Source: Azolla caroliniana (taxonomy: Eukaryota > Plantae > Polypodiophyta). Taken from it: a stretch of 64,000 nt of DNA. Shown here one piece after another: positions 26,635 to 38,452 of the stretch (its first letter is position 1; every line of letters begins with the position of its first letter). A program made the translations under genes and the position numbers. The notes beneath the pieces were generated by a model that was not told the DNA's origin, ran no database searches, and was given only the letters and a program-made list of their open reading frames with translations. The DNA is taken from positions 14,260,001 to 14,324,000 of the forward strand of contig JBHGNT010000008.1 in assembly GCA_043228905.1 (NCBI GenBank), written 5' to 3'.

Positions 26635-29600
26635 TTCTCGGCTGCTCACTTAGCTCCCTCTAAGTGGAAAACAGAAAGATGAGCAACAACATTGAGCTGT
26701 TTGCCCTAAGTCATATTTATACACATATGACTTTCGGGCTATTTACAAATATAGCCTCAAGGGCCCTTGGCAAACATATTCACAAATATGTCCCCGCATC
26801 CGGATCTCTCTCCGGGTACATTCGTCATCCGGATCCGTAGCCGGGGTCTTCATCATCCGGCTCCATAGCCGGGTCTTCATTCTCGATTCCCGGATATTCG
26901 ACCATCCCATCCGGAGGGACCGTAATCCCAACAAACTCCCCCTTCACTTCGGCATGGGATGTCTTTCAAGTCCGACCTTCTTCCGGCACGCTTCCAGCTT
27001 GTCGGGTGTGAGCACTTTGGTCAGCATATCTGACCCGTTCTCGTCCGTGTGGATCTTCGCCAGCACGAACTCCTGGTCTTATATCCTTTCCCGGATCCAG
27101 TGATATCTTCGCTGGATGTGCTTTGTCCGGGAGTGATAGGCCGCGTTCTTCGCAAGGTGGATGACACTCTGATTGTCGCAGTAGAGTCGGTACTCCTCCT
27201 GCCGGATACCGAGCTCTCTAATGAAGTCCTTCATCCATATCATTTCCTTGCCGGCTTCAACAGCCGCCATGTACTCCGCCTCCGTGGTTGACAACGCAAC
27301 CGTCTTCTGCAGCCTCGACTGCCACGAAACAGCTCCACCTGCATACGTCATCACATACCCTGATGTGGACCGGCTGGTATCTGCATCAGCCGACATATCC
27401 GAATCGGTAAAGCCGTCGAGTTCGGGCTTACAGGAGCCGAATCGGAGGCACACATTTGCCGTGCCCTTCAGGTATCGGAGTATCCACTTGACCGCGTTCC
27501 AGTGCTCTTTGCCGGGATTGCTCATGTAACGGCTCACCACTCCGACTGCATATCCTATGTCCGGTCTTGTACACACCATTGCGTACATCAAGCTTCCGAC
27601 GGCAGAGGCATATGGTACTTTCATCATGTCCTCCTTCTCAGCCTTTGTCTTGGGGCTTCGCTTGCTGGACAACTTGCAGTTTTCCGGGAGGGTTGACCCG
27701 ACCGGTCTTGCTTCCGACATGTTGAACTGGTGAAGCACCTTTGTCACGTACTTCTCTTGTGACAGCCACAACTGCTTCTTCTTCCGGTCTCGGATGATGT
27801 GCATCCCTAGTATTTGCCTCGCCGGACCCAGGTCCTTCATTGAGAAGGTTCGGTGAAGCGCTTTCTTCAGCATCCGTATCTTGACCTGGTCCCGTCCGAC
27901 GATCAACATGTCGTCCACGTACAGGAGGAGTATTAGAAAGTCTCCTCCTTCGAACTTCTTCACAAACACGCCGTGATCGGACTGCGTTTTGTGGTACCCT
28001 TCGTCGGTCATGAAAGAGTCAAACTTCCGGTACCATTGCCGGGGAGCCTGCTTCAGTCCGTAAAGGCTCTTCTTCAACCGGCATACCAGGTGCTCCTTCC
28101 CTTTCTTCTCGAATCCTTCCGGTTGCTGCATGTAGATCTCTTCTTCGAGGTCACCGTGAAGGAATGCCGTCTTCACGTCCATCTGTTCTACCTCGAGGTC
28201 CATGCTTGCCGCTATGCTCAGCACCGTCCGGATGGAGGTCATCTTCACTACCGGAGCAAATATCTCGTCGAAGTCGACGCCCTTCTTCTGCTGGAACCCC
28301 TTCACCACGATCCTGGCTTTGTATCTTGGGGGGTTGCCGGCATCTCCCGGTTTCAGCTTGAACACCCACTTGTTTCGAAGTGCCCGCTTTCCTTTCGGCA
28401 ACTCCACAAGTTCATATGTGTGGTTCTCATGCAGGGAATCCATCTCCTCCTGCATGGCACTTAACCACCTGCGGCTATGGGTGTCAAGCTTTGCTTCTTC
28501 AAGACTCTCCGGCTCCCCCTCGTTGGTTAGCAGCACGTGCTCTGGTTCCGGAAATCTCCGGGGGGCCCTTCTCTCTCTTAGAGGATATCTCCGTTCCGGA
28601 GCTTCGGTAACCGGCTCCTCCGTTTCCTCTTCATCCGAATCCATTTCGGGATCGGGGCCGGTTCCGGTATCAGTTTCATCTTCCTCGACCGGTTCTGTTT
28701 CTTCACCGTCTTCGGCCGGATCCTCGAGTGCTAACCGGTCCCTTTCCGGTCGGGACTGCTCCTCGTAGAGTTGATCCTCACCGGTCGACTTGGAGCTCTT
28801 CATCTTCTTCTCCGACTCCCAGTCGGCGAGTGTCTTGTCCTCCATGAAGATGATATCTCGACTCCTGAATATTTTCTTGTCAACCGGGTCCCATACTCGG
28901 TAGCCAAACTCTTCGTCGCCGTAACCGAGGAATATGCATGGCCGGGTCTTTGGATCTAGCTTTCCTCTCCGGTCCTTTGCCACATGCACATATGCGAGAC
29001 ACCCGAACACCTTCAGATGCCGGTAGGATACTTCCCTACCGGTCCACACTCTCTGCGGCGTGTCTCCGTCCAAAGGTACTGAGGGTGATATGTTTATCAC
29101 GTATGTCGCCGTCGACATTGCCTCAGCCCAAAACCCCTTGGGTAATTTCGCATGTGCCAGCATACTCCGGACCCTCTCCATTATGGTCCGGTTCATCCTC
29201 TCGGCCAGTCCGTTCAGTTCCGGCGTCTTCGGCACAGTAAACTCGAGCCGGATTCCCTTCGAGCGACAGTACTCCGCGAACTGCCCCCGGTATTCCCCTC
29301 TGTTATCCGCTCGTATCGCTTTCAGCTTCTTGCCGGATTCCCTTTCCGCTCTCGCGTGGAGTTCTTTGAAGACGCACGACACTTGGTCCTTTGTCTTCAA
29401 CGGTGCCGTCCACAGCTTCCGGCTGTGGTCATCAATGAATGTCACGAAGTACTGGGCTCCGCCATGTGACTTTGTTTCTACTTGACACACGTCAGTGTGC
29501 ACCAACTCCAATGGTGTGCAACGTCTCGTCGGTGGCCTTGAGTGGAAGGAGTTTCGGTTCTGCTTACCGGCCAGGCAATCGGTGCACTTCTCCAGGTGCA

Positions 29601-31310
29601 CATGCTTCACTGGAATAAGGTTGTCTTCTGCAAGCCTCTTCATCCCCTTCTCACTCATGTGGCACAGTCTCTTGTGCCACAGCTCACCGGCAGTGTCAGC
29701 TGCCACGTTCAGCTCCTCCGGACATAGCCGGGAATTCATTAGGTACAGTGTGTTGATCTTCCGGGCCCGAGCCACTATCAGGCTCCCTTTGCTGAACTTC
29801 ATTACGCCGTTCCGGATGCTACCTGTGTAGCCTTCATCGTCTAGCCTCCCGGCCGAAATCAGGTTCAATCGAACCTCCGGAACGTGTCGAACATCCTTCA
29901 GCAGCATCTTGCATCCGGTTGATGTTATCAGCCACACGTCTCCTATGCCGGCAATCCGGCATGTACCTTCATTTCCCATCCGGACACAGCCGTGCTCACC
30001 GGCTGTGTAGGATGAGAAGTATTTCTTCTCCGGGGTCAGGTGGAACGACGCTCCGGAATCGACCACCCAGGTCATCTCCTCACCGGCAAGGTTCAGCTCC
30101 CTCTCTTCGGTAATGAGCATTATCTCTTCTTCACTTGCCGCGAGTGCCGTCGTTCCTTTCCGGTCCTGCCCTCGCCGATCCGGACCTCTCCGGTCCGTGG
30201 CTCCCCGGTATGCACCGTTTCCCTCCGGCGACTTCTTCGAATCGGTACCGTCGATTCCGTTGTCTTTCCGGTAATGCCGACAATTCTTTCGGAAGTGCCC
30301 GGGCTTCCCACAGTGGAAGCATGTGGGCCTTCCTCTTGACTGCGACCGGGTCCCCGACTTCTCCCGTCTTTGTGGACTCCGGTTCCGTTGTCTTCCCCGA
30401 TCCGATTCGGCAAGCAGCATCTTCGGATCGGAGGCCGGTTCTTTATCTCTCCGACGCGCTTCTTCGTTCAGAATGCTTGTCTTTACCGTTTGTAGGGACA
30501 AGTTATCTTCAGTGCAGGAGGTGCTGAGAGTCACCACCAAGTTCTCCCAGCTTTCCGGCAATGTACACATCAGGATGATGGCTTGCATTGCATCCTCCAA
30601 CGGGAACTTGATCGCCGCAAGCTGGTTCACGAATCCCATGAACGTGCTTACGTGTTCCACCATACTCTCGCCGTCCCGGTACTTGAGGTTCACTATCTTC
30701 CTCATCAGGGAGGTCCGGTTTAACGCATTCTTCCTCTCGTAGAGGCCCGACAGCTTCCGCCACATCTCATATGCATTGGTGTCGTTCGCCACGTGTTGTA
30801 GAACGCTCACGTCGACGTATTGCCGAATTGTTGCAACGGCTTTCCGGTTCAGAAGCCTCCATTCCGTCTCAAGTACCCCCTTGGGTATTTCCGACCTGTC
30901 GATCGGTTCATACAGGTCCCGAACAATGAGCAGATCCTCCATCTTTATCTTCCAGTCGGCGTAGTTCTGCGCATTCAGCACCATCATCCCCGGCTGCCCG
31001 CTGCTGCCGCCTTCCATTTTCTGTGTTACCGTCGCTCTGATACCACTTTGTTGAACATAGTGCTCGGCCACCACCGAGGAATAGGATCAACTCACAGAAA
31101 ACGAAGTACAAAATCCACGAAGACAGTAGAGAGAAAAGTACACAGGATGTTTTACGTGGAAAACCCTAAATGGGAAAAACCACGGGAGTCCTCAAACTCC
31201 AACTATCACTATAAACAGAGATGTACAATGGTGAAGCTACAAAGCAACAACCTTGAGCTCACTGTCTTCGCCACAGGCGGCGGTAATACACAGAGGCAAC
31301 GACCTCTTCG

Positions 31311-31341
<31 letters not shown>

Positions 31342-31696
31342 TTCTCGGCTGCTCACTTAGCTCCCTCTAAGTGGAAAACAGAAAGATGAGCAACAACATT
31401 GAGTTGTTTGCCCTAAGTCATATTTATACACATATGACTTTCGGGCTATTTACAAATATAGCCTCAAGGGCCCTTGGCAAACATATTCACAAATATGTCC
31501 CCGCATCCGGATCTCTCTCCGGGTACATTCGTCATCCGGATCCGTAGCCGGGGTCTTCATCATCCGGCTCCGTAACCGGGGTCTTCATCATCCGGCTCCG
31601 TAGCCGGGGTCTTCATCATCCGGCTCCGTAGCCGGGTCTTCATTCTCGATTCCCGGATATTCGACCATCCCATCCGGAGGGACCATAATCCCAACA
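26340..31696 (-). mobile_element. Young full-length Ty1/copia element B (Tnt1/Tork-like)
   Basis: 3' LTR 26340-26933, 5' LTR 31049-31696, perfect TSD GAGTG (26335-26339, 31697-31701), PBS(iMet) 31034-31045, PPT 26934-26945. About 5 substitutions between the LTRs. Confidence 0.96.
27079..31017 (-). CDS. Copia Gag-Pol polyprotein of element B (premature stop in RNase H)
   Basis: Single ORF from MEGGSSG: CFHCGKPGHFRKNC, WVVDSGASFH, HTDVC, ELNGLAER, QMDVKTAFLHG, LYVDD, FTDSD. TAA at 27079-27081 precedes in-frame ...NGSDMLTK..., whose natural stop is at 26944-26946. Confidence 0.9.
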   Translation of the reverse strand: MEGGSSGQPGMMVLNAQNYADWKIKMEDLLIVRDLYEPIDRSEIPKGVLETEWRLLNRKAVATIRQYVDVSVLQHVANDTNAYEMWRKLSGLYERKNALNRTSLMRKIVNLKYRDGESMVEHVSTFMGFVNQLAAIKFPLEDAMQAIILMCTLPESWENLVVTLSTSCTEDNLSLQTVKTSILNEEARRRDKEPASDPKMLLAESDRGRQRNRSPQRREKSGTRSQSRGRPTCFHCGKPGHFRKNCRHYRKDNGIDGTDSKKSPEGNGAYRGATDRRGPDRRGQDRKGTTALAASEEEIMLITEERELNLAGEEMTWVVDSGASFHLTPEKKYFSSYTAGEHGCVRMGNEGTCRIAGIGDVWLITSTGCKMLLKDVRHVPEVRLNLISAGRLDDEGYTGSIRNGVMKFSKGSLIVARARKINTLYLMNSRLCPEELNVAADTAGELWHKRLCHMSEKGMKRLAEDNLIPVKHVHLEKCTDCLAGKQNRNSFHSRPPTRRCTPLELVHTDVCQVETKSHGGAQYFVTFIDDHSRKLWTAPLKTKDQVSCVFKELHARAERESGKKLKAIRADNRGEYRGQFAEYCRSKGIRLEFTVPKTPELNGLAERMNRTIMERVRSMLAHAKLPKGFWAEAMSTATYVINISPSVPLDGDTPQRVWTGREVSYRHLKVFGCLAYVHVAKDRRGKLDPKTRPCIFLGYGDEEFGYRVWDPVDKKIFRSRDIIFMEDKTLADWESEKKMKSSKSTGEDQLYEEQSRPERDRLALEDPAEDGEETEPVEEDETDTGTGPDPEMDSDEEETEEPVTEAPERRYPLRERRAPRRFPEPEHVLLTNEGEPESLEEAKLDTHSRRWLSAMQEEMDSLHENHTYELVELPKGKRALRNKWVFKLKPGDAGNPPRYKARIVVKGFQQKKGVDFDEIFAPVVKMTSIRTVLSIAASMDLEVEQMDVKTAFLHGDLEEEIYMQQPEGFEKKGKEHLVCRLKKSLYGLKQAPRQWYRKFDSFMTDEGYHKTQSDHGVFVKKFEGGDFLILLLYVDDMLIVGRDQVKIRMLKKALHRTFSMKDLGPARQILGMHIIRDRKKKQLWLSQEKYVTKVLHQFNMSEARPVGSTLPENCKLSSKRSPKTKAEKEDMMKVPYASAVGSLMYAMVCTRPDIGYAVGVVSRYMSNPGKEHWNAVKWILRYLKGTANVCLRFGSCKPELDGFTDSDMSADADTSRSTSGYVMTYAGGAVSWQSRLQKTVALSTTEAEYMAAVEAGKEMIWMKDFIRELGIRQEEYRLYCDNQSVIHLAKNAAYHSRTKHIQRRYHWIRERI

Positions 31697-32430
31697 GAGT
31701 GTTGAGAGTCAAGCTCAACATTTGTTCGTGATACGATGCGTAACCCAGTGTGTAGACTGGGTGTGTAAATCGGTACGCACAACATGGCCGGATCGATTGT
31801 GCAAGCCGAGAACCGGATCGGTTGGGACCGATCGGGTAGGCCGGACCGATGAGTAAATCGGTACGCACAACATGGCCGTATCAGTGCGTAAACCGAAAGG
31901 CCGTTAGAGAGATACTCCTCGTAAGGAATAATTTTGGGAGTGAGTGTCGAGATCATGCACAAGATAGAAAAAGCATGATTACTTTAGATAAAGCATATAG
32001 TCTATCTATAGGAAAAGCATGGGGTCTATAGTTAGAAAAAAAAGCATGGATTGTGAAGACTCTCTCATCACCATATAAGGATGGGGAGCACAATGTAATA
32101 GGGGTGTGAAATATTTGGGAAATTGGATATATTTCCTAAAACACCAATTAATAAACTATACTTGTGGGATTCACGAGATTTCTATATCTTTCTCTATCAA
32201 TCTAAATACATATTCTTACATAAATATTAATCAATAAAATACATTATACTTGTGGGATTCACAAGTTTCTAATAATCTACTCATAATTATAATCGTCTCA
32301 AATTCTTCCTCCTCCTAGTCCAAAACCCCGGTGGTTCCCACCCGACTCACGCAACAATCCGGCGCCGAAAGGCAGGACAACGATGTATGTATAGATTGAG
32401 TAGTTTTTTGAATTAAGTTTTTGTGTGCTC

Positions 32431-32842
32431 GTATCGGTGCGTAAACCGAAAGGCCGTTAGAGAGACATTCCTCGTAAGGAATAATTTTGGGAGTGAGTGT
32501 CGAGGCTCATTTATGAGTGGTCAAGTACTGTCAGTACTTGTGTCAGCTCTATTGTCAGGGCTTGTATAAAAGGTGCTCACTGAGCACGGTGTATGTAAAG
32601 ACTGAGTAGTTTTTTGAATTAAGTTTCTGTGTGCTCGTATCGGTGCGTAAACTGAAAGGCCGTTAGAGAGATATTCCTCGTAAGGAATACTTTTGGGAGT
32701 GAGTGTCGAGGCTCATTTATGAGTGGTCAAGTACTGTCAGTACTTGTGTCAGCTCTATTGTCAGGGCTTGCATAAAAGGTGCTCACTGAGCACGGTGTAT
32801 GTGAAGACTGAGTAGTTTTTTGAATTAAGTTTCTGTGTGCTC
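32431..32842 (+). repeat. 206-bp tandem amplification inside the 3' LTR of element A
   Basis: Units 32431-32636 and 32637-32842; a third, interrupted copy at 31878-32430; single copy in the 5' LTR. Confidence 0.9.
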
Positions 32843-33011
32843 TCTCTCTATCTCTCCCGCGTACTGTTAAGCTCTCCATTAAACCTGTTTTCTATTTTCG
32901 ACTGCTTCCGCACGCTATTTGTTTTTACAAAAACTGAAATGAAACACAGAGGGGCACATAAACAACTTCGACTATCGGATTCCTGCGTAGAAAACAATAT
33001 ATTTTCTGTGG

Positions 33012-34930
33012 ATGAAGAAGCAACAAAATGTTGTCCAAGTATCTAAGAATATAAAAAACTACCTGCGGACTAATGGATTAGATGGTTATATCCGGATAGC
33101 AGAAGCTCAACCTCATCAACATGCAAAGGAGGTAGTTAAACAAATTAACATTGATAGAATCACCAACAAATATGTACACCTCATTTTAAATCTTAAAAAT
33201 GAAGGCTACAATGAAATGGATACGGTCAAGACAGAGGTTCTTGAATTGTATTTTGGTGAGTACTCTCCTTCCGCAAAAGTATATAGAACAGAAGGGGGTG
33301 AAGATGTTTTCTTTCATGATGTTTCAAAATTTCTATTAGAAGTGGCTTGTTTGAGCCCAAGATCTTACTGCATGCCCAAGCATAGGGCAAGATTCATTAT
33401 CGCAACTTATGAGGGACAGAAAATCGACTGCGGGTACATCATTGGAGTCGCACTTAGAGAGTAGTTGCATGGAGTTAAGAATGGGAAACCCATGAAACCA
33501 ATCATTTCACAATGGCTAAGTATATTGTGTCCAATGCCATTGGTCACTAAGGGAAGTAACACCCCGGTAAAAGAAAAGGGGCAGTCATCATAGACATTGT
33601 CGCAACAATCGGCACAAAAGCAAATATTGACACGACCACAAGGGGAGTGGCAATAAAGTTAGGCAACAACGGAACAACCCACAATTGAAGAAACAAGGGC
33701 CCACCAACAACCACCCATTGATGAAAAACAAGTTCCTAGTACGCAACAGGAAACAAGTAGAGCACAGGAGGAAACTACGACACCTCCACCACCACGACCC
33801 ACAGAAAAGAGTCATTTGGCTTCGCAACAAGCTGACAGAGAACAACAAGTCCAAGAAATGGCTAAACAAAAACAAACGACCGATGATCAAAGCGATCAAC
33901 GAAAAAGAAATGACTTGTAAAGAAGCATGAAGTGCAACATGGAAAATGGACAACAAGTAATATCACACCAATCGACTATGTTCAAAGAGGCACTATGGAG
34001 AAGGGCAAAGCATCGAAAATATCTACGAATGAAGTATTAGCTATACCCGACATACCATCAACAACTCATGAAATAGCGGCCATATTACGTTTTGGCACAT
34101 CATACGAGCTTGTGGACTAGTTAACTAAGTGCCTGCAGTTAGCTTCTTATCAATTAGCACAAGAACACAAGGACCAGGAGAAGATCAAACGCACACTACT
34201 AGGCGAAGTAGAGCCGGAGGACGAGCGAGAGGTGCAGAGAATCGGCCGGCAACGGGATGTCAGGAATAAAGGGATGGCTAATCTATTCAAATACCTCCTA
34301 TGTATACAACTTTGGCTGAAGTTCATTAAGGACTAGCTAAAAAAACTCAACAACCAAAAGAGATAACCAAAGTCTACAAACGTACGACAAAGGCGTCCTA
34401 ACAAATGCACAAAGAGTGGTTGGCAGCCAATGAAGCCAATGGGGCATTAACGACCTGCCTACAACAAGTAGAGTCGAAGCTAAAGATAGCGGAGGAACAA
34501 CTTCAAATGTACGAACCAACAATTCCATAGGTACTCAACAGGCGGATGTGGGAACAACTACAAGAAAAGGATGATATAATTGAATGTGCAAATAAACGAA
34601 TAGAAGAGGTGGACATGGAAGTACAAAGTATCTGAGACCAACTATGGAAGGCACATCATTAGATGGAAGAGTTCTAGTAAAAAATCCAGGCCATGCTTCA
34701 ATCCTAGGAGGAGGAAATTGATAAGCTTAATAGTCAACTTACACATCTCAAAATAAATTTTGACAGGCAACAAAGAATGATCGATGACTTCCAGGAAAAT
34801 CTTAAAACACAAGAGTTATGTAAGAATCACATAACTAGATTCAAGGCAGAAAAGGAGGACATGATTCCGCACTACAACCAGCTCAAGCAGAAGTATGAAT
34901 AGGTGCAAACCGCACTACTAGTAGAATATA
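33012..34930 (+). pseudogene. Decayed extra ORF downstream of pol in gypsy remnant H
   Basis: The 150-aa ORF continues past a stop (...GQKIDCGYIIGVALRE*LHGVKNGKPMKPIISQWLSIL), followed by Q/E/P-rich and heptad-like segments with stops. It is contiguous with 20430-21394 once element A is removed. Confidence 0.55.
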
Positions 34931-35749
34931 AATGTGCGTAAGATATATCATGGAAAACCCCTAACCGGGTAAAAACCACGGGTGCCCATTGTTGGAGTCT
35001 GAAACCCTCAACACGGAAACATCAACACCACCTTGATATGACGATTACCGAGTGCACAAGATGAAGGCAAGATCAGAGAACAAAATGAGAGAGAAAGAGA
35101 GATAGAGAGGCACACAATGTAACAATTGTTATTCAGAATAGTTACAATACAATAGAGACAATAACTCTCTAACAACAACAACAAACACAAACTAGGTTAC
35201 AAAGCCCAATATATAGTAACTAGGCTAGAGCAATCGCCCTTTGACATATTTACAGAATTGTCCTAAATCTAGTTTGTTCAAGATACAATGTGAATATGAC
35301 CATTATAGACTAGTACTTGAAACTCCCCCGTAATGGACAATATAGATTTGTAAAAGGTCATCGAGCAAATAAGATTTCTGTTCGAGTCGGTAAACTCCGA
35401 AAAAACAGAAGGCTGAATTGGCTGGGGTCGAAGGAGCTGAGACCAAACCTCGAACTGTCGATGATGATTGCTTGAAACCATCCTGACTCAATTCAGATTG
35501 ATTCTTCATTACGCCCATCTAGTGCCAAAGGGATCAGAATCGATCCGTCGAGAGACACTTGGTCATCCCATCTGCAACATTATTGGCTATAGGTATCTTG
35601 TCGAGGCCGATTTTCCCTAATATGATGCAGTACCGAACAAAGTGATATCGAACGTCGATATGCTTGGAGGTGTTGTGATGAACCAGATTTTTGGATAGAG
35701 CAACACCCTGACTGTCGCTGTAGACCACTAGAGCCAAGTTGGAGTCGAC

Positions 35750-36149
35750 CATAGATGTTAAAAAACGCATATTCTACCGTTAGAGTATGTTTTAGAATAG
35801 TTTGAAGTATTCTACGTTTTAGAACTGCCATTTTTAAAAATTTGACGTATTCTAAAATTTTGACGTATTCTATGTATTTAACAAGTATTTATCATTTCAA
35901 TTTTTTAAAAAAAATTTTAAATTTTAAATTGAAAAAAAACTTTAAAATTTAAGAAGTATTTAACAAATCTTACAAGTATTCTACATGTATTCTAAGTATT
36001 CTAAGTATTCTAAATGTATTCTAAGTATTTAAAGTATTTTATCTATAACATACATATTCTAAGTATTTTAAACAAAGATTTAGAATACTCGTAGAATACT
36101 TAGAATACGTATTCTATATGTATTTTATGCAAAGTATTTTACAACAATG
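35750..36149. mobile_element. hAT-type MITE inserted in RNase H of element F
   Basis: Imperfect TIRs CATAGATGTTAAAA / TTTTACAACAATG; 8-bp TSD GAGTCGAC/GAGTTGAC; internal GTATTCTA repeats. Confidence 0.8.
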
Positions 36150-38452
36150 GAGTTGACTTGTCGAAACGTGTGCGCCGGCCGACTGAGCCATAAAGCCTCT
36201 TTCACCACATCAGACGTGGCTATGTATTCGGCCTCGGTCATTGATGTGGCAATGCACTCCTGAAGTTTCGAGTTCCACGAAATCTCTCCATTCCCGAATT
36301 AGAAATAGTATCCGGTTGTCGATTTTCGACTGCCCACACAGCCGGCAAAGTCCGAGTGGGTATAACCGACTACGCCTAAGGTATCCTTCGAGCCGAATAG
36401 GATGCCATAGTCTTTGTGCCCACTAGATATTTGAACACATGCTTAACTGCGTTCCAATGCGATCGACCGGGATTGTGCGTAAATCTGTTGACAACCCCGA
36501 AGGCATGAGTGATGTCAGGTTGTGTCGTGACCATCGCGTACATCAAGGAGCCGACTACCGGTGCATACGATATCGACTTCATAACTTCCCCCTCTGAACC
36601 GGATGTCAGACTGTCTCTAATGGGGAGCGGGGTTGAAGCAGATTTGGCCAATTGCATGTTGAAGTGTTCTAAGTCATGTCCAATATTGTTGGATTGAGAT
36701 AGAAACAACTGTCGTGGATTCTGGTTCCGACTTATCTTCATGCTGAGAATGTGTATTGCCGGACCAAGATCCTTCATGGAACACTGTAGTTGCCGAACAA
36801 GTTCGGTGAGCTCTCCGGCATGCCGACTAGAGAGTAGCATGTCGTCCACGTAAATGATGAAGTGATGGGTGACCCATCTTGAGCTGTTTTGGTGAAGAGG
36901 CAGTGGTCCTCATCGATCTTTGAGAAGCCGACTGTTTGGATCAAGTCATCAAACTTCTTGAACCACTGTCTCGGTGCCTACTTGAGGCCGTATATACTCC
37001 CTGAGTCGGTAGACTAGATGTTTCTGGATGGATGTCACAAAGCCTTTCGGTTGCTCGATATAAATTTCCTCCTCTTATTCACTATGGAGGAATGCTGTTT
37101 TCACATCTAGCTGAATCAACTCCAAATCCTTGGCAATGAAACTGCCAAGCATAAAACGAAGGGTTGTCATTTTCACTAGTGGTGAAAAGATTTCATCGAA
37201 ATCAACACCATATTCTTGTCGAAACCCTTTTGCCTTGAATTTTGGGGTGGCTGAATCAGACGTCTCTTTTAACCTGTAGACCCACTTGCATGGAAGCGCA
37301 CGTCGATTTTTCGGTACTTTGACTAGATCCCAAATCTTGTTTGCCTGAATGGAGTTCATTTCTGACTCCATCGCCATATGCCATGTGGTCGAATCGGTGG
37401 ATGTCGATGCTTCTTTGTATGACATCGGTTCGCTGGCGTCCGTGAAGAAGACTCCAGAAGAGTACCTCTCCGGGGGTTGCGATTGAATGAGTGGACTAGT
37501 CGCATTGGGTGTTGGAGTCGGATGGTCCAAAGCTGAGTCCATCGTTGCCGAGTCGGTGCTTGAGGATTCGTCTACCTGTGAAACCGACCTTGTGTGATGG
37601 GTTTCCTGGTCCTTGGTGAAAGTTTGCGGTAGTCCTCTTTCGGTATGAGGGCGTATGCCTCGCATCTGAAAATCCAGAGCTTGTCATAATTCGGCTTACT
37701 GCCGGTCCATAATTGCTGAGGTATTCGAAGTCCTAGAGCCCTACTCGGCGACATGTTATTTATGTGTACTCCAGTAAGTAGGGCCTCTACTCAGAAGCCA
37801 TCTGACAGTCTGGAGTGTTGAAGCATGGACAAATTGTCCGATTTAGTCGTTTGGCACTTCCATTGTGCTTCGGATGATAGGGTGCCATATATTCACGTCG
37901 AATGCTGCATTGTCAACAAAATTTGACGAATTCTTCAGACTTGAACTCTCCCCCGTTGTTAGTTCGAAGGCATTTCAGCCATTCAAAAAAAATCAAGAAC
38001 ACTCGATCTTTGGTTTTGATCGAATAAGCCCACACCTTGCGAGTCAAGTCGTTGATAAAGTTGACGAAGTACAAGGCACCGACGAGAGACTGATGTGGCA
38101 GAGGACCACAAATGTCCAAGTGGACTCGATCAAGTGGACTAGATCGAGTGGACTCGATTCTCTCGATACTGATGTTGGGTGTGATGCGGCTATCTGTTTG
38201 CCATATTGGCAATGCTTGCAGAACTGATGATCGGAGAAGTAGAGTTTGGGGATGTATCCAACTCTAGATAAATGCGTTATGCGATAAATGTGTGCGAGTT
38301 GTCCATGCCATAGTGCTGACACAGGAATATCAACCAGGAACAAGTCACCCTCTCCGAGGGTGACATATAGCGGGTAAAGAGAATGTACTTTCGGACCTCG
38401 AGCAAGCAGGAGGTTCTCCCTATTGTCTTCGTCCAATTGTTTGACTGAGATT

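Larger units (their letters stand above)
21395..32929 (+). mobile_element. Ty1/copia element A (decayed), containing nested insertions
   Basis: 5' LTR 21395-21866 (TG..CA); PBS TGGTATCAGAGC 21867-21878 (tRNA-iMet); gag-PR-IN-RT-RH remnants; PPT at ~26329-26337; 3' LTR split by element B, resuming at 31700-32929; TSD AAAAT/AAAAC. Confidence 0.9.

Noticed and set aside
27049-31389. Many plus-strand ORFs overlapping element B (and likewise D)
   Set aside because: They are antisense shadows of GC-rich gag-pol or LTR sequence with no recognisable domains.
32360-32378. PBS-like sequence resembling the complement of the tRNA-Sec 3' end
   Set aside because: The match is imperfect and land plants lack the Sec system; the primer tRNA cannot be assigned without the species tRNA set.
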